The position numbers were made by a program, and so were the translations under genes. Positions 41,632-51,588 of a stretch of 64,000 nt of DNA are shown one piece after another. Position 1 is the stretch's first letter; each line of letters begins with the position of its first letter. The notes under the pieces are model-generated. The model had not been told where the DNA came from. It ran no database searches and saw nothing but the letters and a program-made list of their open reading frames with translations. Source of the DNA: Candidatus Kaiserbacteria bacterium (lineage in GTDB: Bacteria > Patescibacteriota > Minisyncoccia > Phycocordibacterales > UBA2100); the NCBI GenBank assembly GCA_017134395.1, contig CP070993.1, positions 398,199 to 462,198 on the forward strand, given 5' to 3'.

Positions 41632-42630
41632 CTAATATCCGCCCACGTTCGCGATTGGCGCTTTTAGTGTCGAATGCGGATCATATCCTTCCAGTTCAAA
41701 ATCATCAAAAATAAAATCATCAATTTCTTTTCGATCAGGATTAATTTTAATTTCTGGAAATGCACGTGGTTCGCGTTCTAGCTGTTCGTTTACTTGATCG
41801 AAATGATTTGAGTAAAGATGCACATCACCAAAGAAGTGTACGAATTCCCCAGCCTCAAGACCAGTAACTTGTGCCACCATCTTCAAAAGAAGTGCGTAAC
41901 TCGCAATGTTAAATGGTACTCCCAAGAATAAATCAGCACTTCTCTGATAAAGACCTAGGTTTAGTTTTCCGTTAACGACCGAAAATTGGTAAGTAGTGTG
42001 GCAAAAAGGAGGCACTTCGTTTTTATTATCTTCTGACGCCATCGCATAGATGAAATCAGGGTTCCAGGCAGATACAACATACGATTTTCGAAATGGCTTC
42101 TCTCGCAAACCCTTAATCACCCAGCCCAATTGATCAATCTCCCTTCCGTCGCTTGCTGGCCATCTGCGCCACATCCGGCCGTAGATAGTAACTAAATCTC
42201 CCCATTCTTTAACAAACTCACTGTCTTCTGCCTCTTCTTTTAACTGAGCGATGAACGCTTTTTGCCCATCATCTTTTTCGCCCTTCTGTTCCATGTGCTT
42301 GTGATACCGCTTGTATGCCCACTCATCCCAAATATGTACGTCGTTATCTACAAGATACTTTATGTTTGAATCGCCGCTCAAAAACCAAAGGAGTTCATGA
42401 ACAATCCCACGAAAGAATACCTTCTTGGTAGTAAGTAATGGAAATCCTTTCGAAAGGTCGTACCGGGTAGCCCGTCCAAAAACAGAACGAATGAATGGGG
42501 GTTGTTCGCCAGCGTCTACGTACTGCTGCTTTACTTCTGGTGTGAAAAAAACCTCTTTATCTGAGCCATTCTCAAGAATATCTTTCATGAGATTTAAATA
42601 CTGGTACTCAGGGTGTTGGTTATTTTCCAT
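41632..42630 (-). CDS. thyA: Thymidylate synthase ThyA with an approximately 45-aa charged insertion
   Basis: Catalytic Cys in [12 protein letters not shown]; [13 protein letters not shown]; WNPDF. There is an insert between IWDEW and [12 protein letters not shown]. Confidence 0.9.
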   Translation of the reverse strand: MENNQHPEYQYLNLMKDILENGSDKEVFFTPEVKQQYVDAGEQPPFIRSVFGRATRYDLSKGFPLLTTKKVFFRGIVHELLWFLSGDSNIKYLVDNDVHIWDEWAYKRYHKHMEQKGEKDDGQKAFIAQLKEEAEDSEFVKEWGDLVTIYGRMWRRWPASDGREIDQLGWVIKGLREKPFRKSYVVSAWNPDFIYAMASEDNKNEVPPFCHTTYQFSVVNGKLNLGLYQRSADLFLGVPFNIASYALLLKMVAQVTGLEAGEFVHFFGDVHLYSNHFDQVNEQLEREPRAFPEIKINPDRKEIDDFIFDDFELEGYDPHSTLKAPIANVGGY

Positions 42631-42632
42631 AT

Positions 42633-43196
42633 TTATTTTTTAGTTTTTCGTGTCTTCTTTTCAGGAGTTAAGTTTTTCTCCCAGTTGTCACCATTAAAGC
42701 GCCCTGTCTCTGAATAACTGTGTTCGGTGCTTGACGAAAGTGGTGAAAATAGCAATTGTGCTATCTCCATTCCTGGGCGCAAAATTATAGGTACACTATT
42801 AACATTAAATAATTCTAAAGTTACATGAAGATAGTGCCCAGGATTTATAATTCCTGCTGTGTTATGTATAACAAGCCCGATGCGAGCAAGAGAACTCTTT
42901 CCTGAGAGCTGAATGAGATACTGCTCTGAACCGACGTAATCACGAAGTGTACCAAGCGCCATTTGCCCTGGGTTTAATACGAACCTACCACCATCTGGAA
43001 CTTCAACCTCCCGCATTTCAGGCAAAATCTTCGTCATAGGATCAATCGGGTGTGCGGTATGCGATTCCATGACGGCAAATTTATTACCTAAAATTACATC
43101 GTAACTTGCAGGCTGCAGTCGCTCTTCATCAAAATCGCTAATGACGATATCCTTATTTTCTATTGCCCTCTTTATGTCTGTGTCGGTAAGAAACAT
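42633..43196 (-). CDS. dcd: dCTP deaminase (dUTPase superfamily)
   Basis: [37 protein letters not shown] matches the Dcd N-terminus. Confidence 0.85.
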   Translation of the reverse strand: MFLTDTDIKRAIENKDIVISDFDEERLQPASYDVILGNKFAVMESHTAHPIDPMTKILPEMREVEVPDGGRFVLNPGQMALGTLRDYVGSEQYLIQLSGKSSLARIGLVIHNTAGIINPGHYLHVTLELFNVNSVPIILRPGMEIAQLLFSPLSSSTEHSYSETGRFNGDNWEKNLTPEKKTRKTKK

Positions 43197-43201
43197 ATAC
43201 T

Positions 43202-43858
43202 TTATTCGACGATAAATATTTTGTCAGTCCCATAATACTCAGGCCAGTGTTCATTGTAATATGAAAACATGCGCTCGAGTCTATCTTGTGGGAGCTCCTC
43301 GATATCAAACTCTTTCATTGCGCTAATTATTTGAGCTCGGGCCTGTTCAGCCTCAGCTTCATCAGTAACAACTTTCTCAAATTCACTAAGCCATCCGTAT
43401 CCAGCATTTTTATCGAGAGTTATGACTAGATCTTTGTATGTATACTCCTCTCTGTCTCGCGACCACCGTGCTTGACATTCCATTCCTGCGTTTAAAAGAC
43501 AGTTGTCCAACTCCTCAATCGAAAGTGGCACTTTTGTCTCATACTCCATGCGTGACACTGCATTCTCGCTTGTTCCGTCGTCAATTGATGCCTTTACCAC
43601 AAGAATCACGTCATCATCTTTTTTACGAGTACGAACCGAGTGGTTCTCTCCTTTGGTAAGAATATTCTGCAAATCTTCTACTCCATCCATAATGATATCC
43701 TTCATTTTGTCGAAGATACTTTCGGTAGTTCCTTTAAAATAGTGGTTCAACTGCGAGTTTGACCCTGCGAGAACACCTCCTTGAGCGATTAGTTTTTTAC
43801 GCAGCTCGTCTGCCCTCTCTTGTGTACCAAGCAAACTCTTTACCTCAATTTCATACAT
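43202..43858 (-). CDS. CYTH-domain protein (triphosphate tunnel metalloenzyme / CyaB-like)
   Basis: The N-terminal MYEIEVKSLL carries the ExExK signature of CYTH domains. Confidence 0.55.
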   Translation of the reverse strand: MYEIEVKSLLGTQERADELRKKLIAQGGVLAGSNSQLNHYFKGTTESIFDKMKDIIMDGVEDLQNILTKGENHSVRTRKKDDDVILVVKASIDDGTSENAVSRMEYETKVPLSIEELDNCLLNAGMECQARWSRDREEYTYKDLVITLDKNAGYGWLSEFEKVVTDEAEAEQARAQIISAMKEFDIEELPQDRLERMFSYYNEHWPEYYGTDKIFIVE

Positions 43859-43923
43859 GCAGGTGATTATATCACTTAAGAAATTATCCGTACCCCTTGC
43901 ACTACATGCTATAGTATTGTGAT

Positions 43924-44415
43924 ATGAACAATCGAGTTATTGCTATAGCTGCTATATCTAAGGAACGCCGAGCTCTTGGAAATAAGAACGAATTACTTTG
44001 GAAAATTCCTGGTGATTTACCTCGTTTTAAAGCCCTCACTACAGGTCACCCAATAATTATGGGCTACAACACATATCTTTCTTTACCAAACTTGCTTCCA
44101 AACCGTACGAACATAGTAATGACTCTCGAGCCTAATATCGAAATCAAAGGTGCTGTTGTAGTTAACTCAGCCGAAGAAGCACTGGCGGCAGCTAAGAATT
44201 CAGAAGGAAATGAAGAGATATACGTTATAGGTGGTGGAATGATTTACAAAGCTATGCTTCCCTTTACGGACGAACTTGATCTCACACTCGTTGATGATGA
44301 GCCTGAAGCAGATGTCTTTTTCCCAGAGTACTCAGAGTTTACTGAAGTTCTAAGCGAAGAAATTCATGCAGAAAGCGAACCACACTTTACACGCGTAACA
44401 CTTCGTCGTCCATAA
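43924..44415 (+). CDS. folA: Dihydrofolate reductase
   Basis: VIAIAAISKERRALGNKNELLWKIPGDLPRFKALTTGHPIIMGYNTY and IYVIGGGMIY motifs. Confidence 0.85.
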   Translation: MNNRVIAIAAISKERRALGNKNELLWKIPGDLPRFKALTTGHPIIMGYNTYLSLPNLLPNRTNIVMTLEPNIEIKGAVVVNSAEEALAAAKNSEGNEEIYVIGGGMIYKAMLPFTDELDLTLVDDEPEADVFFPEYSEFTEVLSEEIHAESEPHFTRVTLRRP

Positions 44416-44420
44416 TAATA

Positions 44421-45695
44421 TTAGTAGTGCTTATCAGGAACTGGAAACTTTGCAGCTAATGCTTTTATCTCCTCGTGAACCTGTTTCTTTACGCTATCAT
44501 CTTCGTGACTGCGCAGCACTTCAATCATTAATTCCGCAACACGAGCACACTCTTTCTCAGTAAAACCTCGTGTAGTAATAGCAGGAGTACCAAACCGAAT
44601 ACCTGATGGTCGCATCGGTGGATTTGGATCATCGGCTATCATGTTTTTGTTTAGTGTTATTCCAACCTCATCAAGTGCCACCTCTGCAGTGTGTCCGTCG
44701 ATACCAAAGTTGGTAATGTCTGCAAGAATAAGATGGTTGCTGGTTCCACCGCCAAGCATTCGTACTTCTTCACGCTCAAAAACCTCTGCCATTGCAGCTG
44801 CGTTTTTTACCATTTGTGCAGCGTATTCTTTAAAACTAGGGTGAAGTACTTCATCAAACGCTACAGCCTTTGCTGCTATTTGATGCATAAGCGGACCACC
44901 TTGTAATCCTGGGAAAAGACTCTTATCGATTTTCTTTGCAATCTCTTCATCAGACTTCACCAAAATCATCCCCCCACGTGGTCCACGCAGTGTTTTATGT
45001 GTCGTTGTAGTCATTACATCAAAACCATGATCAAACGGGTTCTCGTGGACGCCACCGGCTATTAATCCGGCAATGTGTGCTGCATCCATTAGAGAAATAG
45101 CGCCCACTTCTTTTGCAATATCTGCCATTTTTTTGTAATCGAGTTCACGACTGTACGCCGAGTACCCAGCGAGTAGAATTTTAGGCTTCTCGCGAAGTGC
45201 CACGTCTCGCATTTCTTCGTAATCTATCTCACCAGTTTCGGTGTCTTTCATTTTGTATCGAACAAAGTTAAAAATCTTGGTTATGTACGTCACCGGATGG
45301 CCATGCGTTAAGTGTCCGCCGTGAGAAAGGTCCATACCAAGTACCGTGTCGCCTGGTTCAAGGAGTGCGAAATACGCGGCTATATTTGCATTGGCACCAG
45401 CGTGGGGCTGTACGTTTGCATACTCGCAGTTAAATATTTTTTTTGCACGATTCCGTGCGATATCTTCTATTGAGTCGGTAAATTCCTGCCCGCCATAGTA
45501 CCGCTTTCCTGGGTACCCTTCAGAGTACTTATTTGTAAAAATGGAGCCGCTTGCTTCACGTACGGCAAGTGAAACGTAGTTCTCTGAAGGAATGAGTTCT
45601 AAGCCTTCTTCTTGTCGTTTCTCTTCGCCTCTAATTGCGGTGTAAATATCGTCATCTTGCCCTTCTAAAAAAGGTATGTGTTGTGGTGTAGCCAT
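44421..45695 (-). CDS. glyA: Serine hydroxymethyltransferase
   Basis: LELIPSENYVS...TTTTHKTLRGPRGG (PLP lysine) and the full-length SHMT pattern. Confidence 0.95.
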   Translation of the reverse strand: MATPQHIPFLEGQDDDIYTAIRGEEKRQEEGLELIPSENYVSLAVREASGSIFTNKYSEGYPGKRYYGGQEFTDSIEDIARNRAKKIFNCEYANVQPHAGANANIAAYFALLEPGDTVLGMDLSHGGHLTHGHPVTYITKIFNFVRYKMKDTETGEIDYEEMRDVALREKPKILLAGYSAYSRELDYKKMADIAKEVGAISLMDAAHIAGLIAGGVHENPFDHGFDVMTTTTHKTLRGPRGGMILVKSDEEIAKKIDKSLFPGLQGGPLMHQIAAKAVAFDEVLHPSFKEYAAQMVKNAAAMAEVFEREEVRMLGGGTSNHLILADITNFGIDGHTAEVALDEVGITLNKNMIADDPNPPMRPSGIRFGTPAITTRGFTEKECARVAELMIEVLRSHEDDSVKKQVHEEIKALAAKFPVPDKHY

Positions 45696-45832
45696 AGCAA
45701 TAAATTAAGTAAATAATATTCTTTTTACTAGTAGCTAGACCATACGCATTGAGTTAATTACCTTGAGTATACCACTCCCACTTTATGCGACAATATTCAC
45801 AAACCATGTAGCTATGCTACGCTGTTTCCATA

Positions 45833-46273
45833 ATGAAATATCACTTTGAACGTACTTTTACAGATTGGTTACGAAAATTTTTGTCAGCTCCTTTCGTTCT
45901 GATAATGTTCCTTCCGCTTATTATTCTCGATGTCTTTCTTGAGATATATCATCAAATAAGTTTTCGGTTGCTAAAAATCCCGCGTGTACCACGCTGGGAC
46001 TATATTCGTATTGATAGACACAAACTTAGCTATCTGACGCCAGCACAAAAAGTGTTTTGCGCTTATTGTGGTTACGCAAACGGACTTCTACCCTATGCAG
46101 CAAAAATTGCAGCAGAAAGTGAAAAATACTGGTGTGCAATAATGCACAAAAAGAATGAAAATGATTCTTTCATCATTCCTGACCACCATAAAGATTTTAT
46201 TGAACATGGCGACAAAGAAACCTATGAAGCTGAGATAGAACGGGCAAAATCTGAAGCAAAAAAGTCTCACTAA
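45833..46273 (+). CDS. Hypothetical membrane protein with conserved Cys/His motifs (CAYCGY...YWCAIMH)
   Basis: 146 aa with one TM helix; followed by a perfect bidirectional terminator. Confidence 0.45.
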   Translation: MKYHFERTFTDWLRKFLSAPFVLIMFLPLIILDVFLEIYHQISFRLLKIPRVPRWDYIRIDRHKLSYLTPAQKVFCAYCGYANGLLPYAAKIAAESEKYWCAIMHKKNENDSFIIPDHHKDFIEHGDKETYEAEIERAKSEAKKSH

Positions 46274-46276
46274 ACA

Positions 46277-46322
46277 AAAACGCCTCATCCGCCAGCTGGC
46301 GGATGAGGCGTTTTTGTTATCG
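46277..46322. terminator. Bidirectional terminator (17-bp perfect stem); rplK ends here with no rplA following
   Basis: aaaacgcctcatccgcc-agct-ggcggatgaggcgttttt. Confidence 0.7.
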
Positions 46323-46333
46323 TAGAGAAAAGA

Positions 46334-46756
46334 TTATTCTGTTTCGATTCCCATTGATCGTGCAGTTCCTGCAATAATCTTAGCACCCGCCTTTACGTCG
46401 TTGGCACTAAGGTCTTCCATTTTCACAGCGGCGATATCTTCAAGTTGCTGTTGTGTAACTTTACCTACTTTCTTGCTGGTGTTCTTCCCAGACCCTTTCT
46501 TTTCTCCAATTGCCTTAAGCAATAGGCTTGAAGCAGGAGGTGTTTTGAGAATGAAGTCAAAACTTCGATCGTCATACACGCTAATAACAACTGGGATTAT
46601 ATCGTTACCAAGTTCACGAGTTGCCTCATTAAATTGATTTACGAATTCACCAATGTTAATACCAGCTTGCCCCAATGCAGGACCCAAGGGTGGCGCAGGA
46701 GTTGCCTTACCTGCCGGTACTTGTAGCTTCAATTGTTTTTCTATTTTCTTTGCCAT
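46334..46756 (-). CDS. rplK: 50S ribosomal protein L11
   Basis: [39 protein letters not shown] is canonical L11. Confidence 0.95.
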   Translation of the reverse strand: MAKKIEKQLKLQVPAGKATPAPPLGPALGQAGINIGEFVNQFNEATRELGNDIIPVVISVYDDRSFDFILKTPPASSLLLKAIGEKKGSGKNTSKKVGKVTQQQLEDIAAVKMEDLSANDVKAGAKIIAGTARSMGIETE

Positions 46757-46778
46757 ATTAATTGTGTGAGAATACTAC

Positions 46779-47324
46779 CTAAATTCGCCGTACTTGCAAG
46801 AAGTCGAGCTCTACTGGTGTCTCGCGACCAAACATAGGCACCATAACTTTAACCTTACCTCGCTCTTCGTCTACTTCTCCAACCTTACCTTCAAGTTCTT
46901 TGAAAGGCCCATCAGCGATAACTACAGCGTCATCAATCGCAAGCTCAATCTTATGCTTTGCCGTATCAGATTCCATTCGTTTAAAGAGCGCATCTACTTC
47001 TGCCTGCTCCATAGGTACTGGTTGTGTACCTGAGCCAACGAAACCAGTTACACGAGGAGTGTTACGAACTACGTACCACGACTCGTCGTTTACGAGCATA
47101 TCTACGAGCACGTACCCTGGGTAGATCTTTTCTGCCTCCTCTACCCGCTTACCAGCCTTTACCTTTATTTTCTTTTCGGTAGGAACAACGACTGCAAAAA
47201 TTTGATCTTGCATGTTCATTGACTCAATACGCTGACGCAAGTTGCGAGCAACTGCCTCTTCGTACCCTGAATACGTATGAATAACGTACCACCGACGTTC
47301 TAGTGTTGCTTGTTGTTTCGCCAT
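46779..47324 (-). CDS. nusG: Transcription termination/antitermination factor NusG
   Basis: WYVIHTYSGYEEAV (NGN domain) and a C-terminal KOW (GPFKELEGKVGEVDEERGKVKVMV). Confidence 0.95.
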   Translation of the reverse strand: MAKQQATLERRWYVIHTYSGYEEAVARNLRQRIESMNMQDQIFAVVVPTEKKIKVKAGKRVEEAEKIYPGYVLVDMLVNDESWYVVRNTPRVTGFVGSGTQPVPMEQAEVDALFKRMESDTAKHKIELAIDDAVVIADGPFKELEGKVGEVDEERGKVKVMVPMFGRETPVELDFLQVRRI

Positions 47325-47327
47325 AGA

Positions 47328-47504
47328 TTAAATTATCTGGTTTAGAAGGCCGCTAAATACATAGTCGAACGCTCCAAGATAGAGTGCGACAACGATAGAC
47401 AATAGTATCACCAAGATAGTGAAAATCATTGTTTGTTTTTGTGTTGGCCACGAAACATGCTTCATTTCAGCATGTGTGTCCTTAATATATTGAATAAGTC
47501 TCAT
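47328..47504 (-). CDS. secE: Preprotein translocase subunit SecE (58 aa; below the ORF-track length cutoff)
   Basis: Manual translation: MRLIQYIKDTHAEMKHVSWPTQKQTMIFTILVILLSIVVALYLGAFDYVFSGLLNQII. Its stop overlaps the nusG start, in the conserved secE-nusG order. Confidence 0.75.
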   Translation of the reverse strand: MRLIQYIKDTHAEMKHVSWPTQKQTMIFTILVILLSIVVALYLGAFDYVFSGLLNQII

Positions 47505-47530
47505 AGAATATTTTTACCAAAATTAAAACG

Positions 47531-47560
47531 CCCTTTCGGGCGGTTATATGACTATAATAC
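47531..47560 (-). terminator. Hairpin terminator
   Basis: On the minus strand: ccgccc-gaaa-gggcg followed by ttttaatttt. Confidence 0.45.
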
Positions 47561-47597
47561 GGATATTTTGCGCTGAGTCAAGATGTATCGTCTGGTA

Positions 47598-47620
47598 CTG
47601 CTCTTCAATATGGACATCCG
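47598..47620. repeat. 23-nt perfect palindrome with core GGACATCCGATGTCC (copy 2 of 2)
   Basis: atatggacatccgatgtccatat, in the 3' region of the thioredoxin-like gene. Confidence 0.6.
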
Positions 47621-47711
47621 ATGTCCATATATCTTATTCAAATTAAGTGGGCAAGTAGTACTGCGGTTAATAAGATATCGCGCTATACAACTCTTCTTTC
47701 TGTTTTGTATC

Positions 47712-48305
47712 TTAAATCGAACACGTACCTTCTCCCCCAAGACACAGTGAACGACTTTTAGTTGAACCATTGGGTTGTGAGCGCTTGGTTAACAACAAAA
47801 TAGTATCTCTCATCTCCTGTAGCGACATCACTCCTCGCTTATGGAATAACACAGTCCCTTCTTCATCTACAAACACCGTTTCTGGCATGCCAAATCCTTC
47901 GATGAAGCGATAAAACGAATCTTGTGGGTCAAATAAGATATGTAGCTTATCGCTTAGCGTTAGTGTCTTCAAGAAGTCTTGCGCATCCGCTGAAGATTCT
48001 CCACGATTAATAGCAATCACGGGCACCTCAGGAAACTCATCGGCAAGCAGAGCAAGATCTGGCAATTCTTCTACACAAAACGGGCACCAGCTCGCCCATG
48101 CGTTGATAACAACAACAGGAGCTTTGTACTGCTCGAGTGTTTGGCAATTTCCATTTTCATCTGCATACGTCAGTGAATATAGTGAGCCCTCATCGTATGT
48201 ACACGCTACCCCTTCTTGAGGCTGCAAAAGAAAGGAAATACTTCCAATAATTACAATTGTAACGAGGAGCAAAGACACTGTTTGTTTTGTAACAAATCTT
48301 TTCAT
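47712..48305 (-). CDS. TlpA/ResA-like membrane-anchored thiol-disulfide oxidoreductase (thioredoxin fold)
   Basis: The WASWCPFC CxxC motif and an N-terminal TM helix; the start was trimmed to MKRFVTKQ... Confidence 0.8.
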   Translation of the reverse strand: MKRFVTKQTVSLLLVTIVIIGSISFLLQPQEGVACTYDEGSLYSLTYADENGNCQTLEQYKAPVVVINAWASWCPFCVEELPDLALLADEFPEVPVIAINRGESSADAQDFLKTLTLSDKLHILFDPQDSFYRFIEGFGMPETVFVDEEGTVLFHKRGVMSLQEMRDTILLLTKRSQPNGSTKSRSLCLGGEGTCSI

Positions 48306-48307
48306 AT

Positions 48308-49369
48308 CTAGAGCATTAATTCTGTTTCTGGATGAACAGCAAGCCAAGAGAACCAAAAACCTCCAATATACGAGAACGGTGTGTCACCAATGTTCATTCG
48401 CACCTCACCAATTTCGCTTTTAGTAATAGTTATCGTCTCACCTGCAAACGTGTCGGTAGTAACACCCACTGGGAGACTGTCGGCAACATATGCTTTAAAG
48501 TTGCCCTCATGCTCTACACCAAGTACATATTCCTTAGGATGCAGCCGTGCATCGCTAAACGTTGCACCAAATGATACATCTCGATTTGTGTAGTAATCAC
48601 CATACGGATCTCGTCCGTAGATACGAATTGCTCCAGTGTCTTTTGAGAGTACTTGAGTTTCTGGGTATTGCTTCTTCCAATCGCCAAATTTCACTGTGTC
48701 TGAAGGTACAATAGTGAGCCGTTTTCCAGTATGAACTCCCGTCACCGCACGTCCAAGTACTTGTGACCACAGTGACTCGTTGTCTTCATTATTGGTTCGG
48801 TTGTACATCAGTAAATTCGACTTCCATAGTTTTCCTGAAACACCAAACTCTACTACCTCGTCGTCAACGCGACGTTCATAAGTAACGCCAGTACGACACA
48901 GTGGACAGTACGTGACTGCAACAGACAATTCTTCTACAGACCCATTCACCGGCAATACATCGTTTACAATCTCATGCCACACGAGTATTTGGAACGGGTA
49001 AAAACGGGCAACATCTCCATGCACAATGCCCATACCAAAATCATCGTCGTCTAAAAATGTTGCCTTCTCTACTGAAATGAATTTCGGCTCATCGATTGAA
49101 GGGATTCCGTCTTTCCCAGGGCCACCTGAAAGGATTTCATCCTCGGGTATCCCTTTGAAACCATCATCGGCTGTAATTTTCGGAGTTGTCTGTGTTTGTG
49201 TGTTTGTGGTTTCAGAAACTTCTGAAGGAGTGGTATCTGTTATTGCGGAGTCTGTTTTTTCAACATCTGAAACGACTTCGGATTCTTGGTTATTTGCCAT
49301 ATAGAAAAAAATGCTAGCGATTAACACGATGATAACGATGCCTATACTCACTATTTTAAGATTATTCAT
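48308..49369 (-). CDS. DUF3179-family membrane-anchored protein
   Basis: GGPGKDGIPSIDEPKF and YCPLCRTG motifs are typical of DUF3179; the start was trimmed to MNNLKIV... Confidence 0.65.
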   Translation of the reverse strand: MNNLKIVSIGIVIIVLIASIFFYMANNQESEVVSDVEKTDSAITDTTPSEVSETTNTQTQTTPKITADDGFKGIPEDEILSGGPGKDGIPSIDEPKFISVEKATFLDDDDFGMGIVHGDVARFYPFQILVWHEIVNDVLPVNGSVEELSVAVTYCPLCRTGVTYERRVDDEVVEFGVSGKLWKSNLLMYNRTNNEDNESLWSQVLGRAVTGVHTGKRLTIVPSDTVKFGDWKKQYPETQVLSKDTGAIRIYGRDPYGDYYTNRDVSFGATFSDARLHPKEYVLGVEHEGNFKAYVADSLPVGVTTDTFAGETITITKSEIGEVRMNIGDTPFSYIGGFWFSWLAVHPETELML

Positions 49370-49374
49370 ATTGT

Positions 49375-49689
49375 TTAAAAAAATATTTCTAAAATGTGCA
49401 CTATGTTGTGTGCCACTCGTGTATCTGCAATTTTGTAACACACAGTTTGCCCTTCTCGTTCACTGATAAGCACTCCTTTGTCTTCCAGATCGTTTAATTG
49501 ATGGCTCACTGCAGAATGCGATACGCTCATACCTTCAGCTATTTCTCCTACACACATTCCATCTTTGTTAACAACAAGAAGTTTTAGAATTTTGCACCGC
49601 GTCGGGTCAGCCAGAATCTTAAAGACAGAAGCAGTTTCTTGTGCCCAATTCATTTTCTTCTCAGATTTCGTATATGAATGTATGCTCAT
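49375..49689 (-). CDS. ArsR/SmtB-family transcriptional regulator
   Basis: FKILADPTRCKILKLLVVNKDGMCVGEIAEGMSVSHSAVSHQLNDLEDKGVL is the canonical ArsR helix-turn-helix. Confidence 0.85.
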   Translation of the reverse strand: MSIHSYTKSEKKMNWAQETASVFKILADPTRCKILKLLVVNKDGMCVGEIAEGMSVSHSAVSHQLNDLEDKGVLISEREGQTVCYKIADTRVAHNIVHILEIFF

Positions 49690-49779
49690 ATATTCATATC
49701 ATACCCTACCCTCCGAATCATGCAATGCTAATCGCATACAAAAACAAGGGCCCAGAAAAGATTTCTGGGCCCTAATGTC

Positions 49780-50289
49780 TTACACGTCGAGTGTGACGGC
49801 TTTTCTATCCAGATACAGCGAAAGGAATGTCTCCTCAGCAGGATCATCGTAAGAAAGTCCACACAGTTCTGAAACTCGATCTTCATCAAGAAACCATGCT
49901 GCGGCAGCAATAATCGACAACGCGTACAAACGCGCCCTCGAAGACATCTCTCCGCACACCTTCTCCAAGTCTGAAATTGCATCTGAAGAAAGCACCTTTT
50001 CACAGAGGTCTCTATTCAGATCTTCAAAGGGACAACGTAAAATGAAAGCTCGAAAAACCTTATCATTACACTCATGTCTCCGAGCATTTTTTTCCACAAC
50101 CCGTCCGATCTCAACCCACGCTTTTCTTGCCTCTTCTCCTTTTTCTTCGGAGGTTAAAAACATAAGAGTATGCATCGCCAAGCCACGTTGTGATACCGAA
50201 TACCCAGAATCAATAGCGAAGCTCAAGACAGTGCAAAGATGCATATTTCTCAGCTTCGAGGGATATCTATAGTCTGCAATTGAACGCAT
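49780..50289 (-). CDS. Hypothetical all-alpha protein
   Basis: The start was trimmed to MRSIADY... so that it no longer overlaps the upstream gene; flanked by perfect hairpin terminators at 49748-49772 and 50354-50385. Confidence 0.4.
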   Translation of the reverse strand: MRSIADYRYPSKLRNMHLCTVLSFAIDSGYSVSQRGLAMHTLMFLTSEEKGEEARKAWVEIGRVVEKNARRHECNDKVFRAFILRCPFEDLNRDLCEKVLSSDAISDLEKVCGEMSSRARLYALSIIAAAAWFLDEDRVSELCGLSYDDPAEETFLSLYLDRKAVTLDV

Positions 50290-50405
50290 CTTCTTTCTCC
50301 GCTTTTGGGAACTTGCTACAGTTGAGTATACATATACATACTTGGAGCACAACAATAAACGCCTCACAAATGTGAGGCGTTTATTGTACATGTGAATTCC
50401 AGGGC

Positions 50406-50798
50406 TTAGACACCGAGTCCGAATCCAACGTATACGAGGTATAGTCCTGCGGCAACTGCTACAACACCAGCAAGAACTGCAAGGTTGCGATTCCGTCCAA
50501 ATGCTTTTGCTTGGCTTATCATCATGTTTGGTACAAAGAAAATAGCGATTCCCTTTATTACCATAGCCCAACCAACTAGTGTAGGAATAACACGCCATGA
50601 TGCTTCCCAGACATTGTGGTTAAGCACAATGAGTAGACCGAGGATGAATACCATCGCTCCTGTTACGAACATGAGCGCTTTGTTGTTGCTCAAGTCGTCA
50701 ACGATGTTCACGATAAACTTCTTTCTTGTCAGAATGACCACACCCTCCAATAGAAGGTAGAGACCGATTAACTGAGCAAGTAGTAGTGAAATGTCCAT
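50406..50798 (-). CDS. Hypothetical small membrane protein (about 4 TM helices)
   Basis: 130-aa hydrophobic ORF. Confidence 0.5.
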   Translation of the reverse strand: MDISLLLAQLIGLYLLLEGVVILTRKKFIVNIVDDLSNNKALMFVTGAMVFILGLLIVLNHNVWEASWRVIPTLVGWAMVIKGIAIFFVPNMMISQAKAFGRNRNLAVLAGVVAVAAGLYLVYVGFGLGV

Positions 50799-50888
50799 AG
50801 TATTAATACTTACCTAATAATGTACTTTAAGTGTAGCACGGGCTGTTTTTACGCAACCTTCAGCTGTGGGGAACTTTTGGTAATAGTT

Positions 50889-51353
50889 TTAGTTGAATTC
50901 TACCTTTGCGTAGTTAAATAATACGCTAAACGGTACGCACCAGTGTAATATGAATGGATAGTCTTCTAGATTCACCCCATCAGGTAATTCATAGTTTATG
51001 CTCCCTTCTGTCCCTTTAATTGGCCCGAGATCAATAAATTCTTTTCCATCTTTATCTTTTGCTAAGTAGAGATGTAGATTGGGCCCGTTGATTGTTTTAA
51101 AATTCTCAAACCGTAAAAAACGTTTTCCGTCGCCTTCAAAAACAGAGACCGTGCCTTGGGCAGGATGGCCAAACGTTTCGTGTATTTCAAAAGGTCCATC
51201 CATAGCATATACCACCCCACCGTCTTCTGGTTCTTGCATAAAGGATTCAGGCAATGAGTCATTTACCTCGACGACATTAAAGAGAGGTGAAATGAAATAA
51301 TAAGACGCTATAGCGAAGATTGTTACGATAATGAGACTGATGATTTTTTTCAT
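50889..51353 (-). CDS. DM13-domain protein with an N-terminal membrane anchor
   Basis: GHPAQGTVSVFEGDGKRFLRFENFKTINGPNLHLYLAKD...INYELP matches the DM13 domain pattern. Confidence 0.65.
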   Translation of the reverse strand: MKKIISLIIVTIFAIASYYFISPLFNVVEVNDSLPESFMQEPEDGGVVYAMDGPFEIHETFGHPAQGTVSVFEGDGKRFLRFENFKTINGPNLHLYLAKDKDGKEFIDLGPIKGTEGSINYELPDGVNLEDYPFILHWCVPFSVLFNYAKVEFN

Positions 51354-51400
51354 GATTGTAATGATAACAAAAAACGTTGCAAAATATGCAACTTTTTTTG

Positions 51401-51545
51401 CTAGGGCGAACGATGGGACTCGGCGCCAGTACTAAGCTCGTTCCTCGCTAAGTACTCGCTGCCCCGCCGCTTTCGACAAGCCTGACTTCGCTTGGCTACG
51501 TCATCTTGTATACCGAAAGCTTTTTTCGAGTCCCATCGCTCGCTT
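51401..51545 (-). repeat. Duplicated tRNA-His 3' end (19 nt) with an inverted partial copy that forms a 17-bp stem enclosing nested hairpins; possible att-site remnant or structured RNA
   Basis: 51404-51422 gggcgaacgatgggactcg is identical to the tRNA-His T-loop-to-3'-end segment at 51591-51609. 51527-51543 cgagtcccatcgctcgc is its imperfect reverse complement. Confidence 0.5.
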
Positions 51546-51588
51546 CCAAAATGCACAAAACCCAAGGCGATGCCTTGGGTTTATATTT

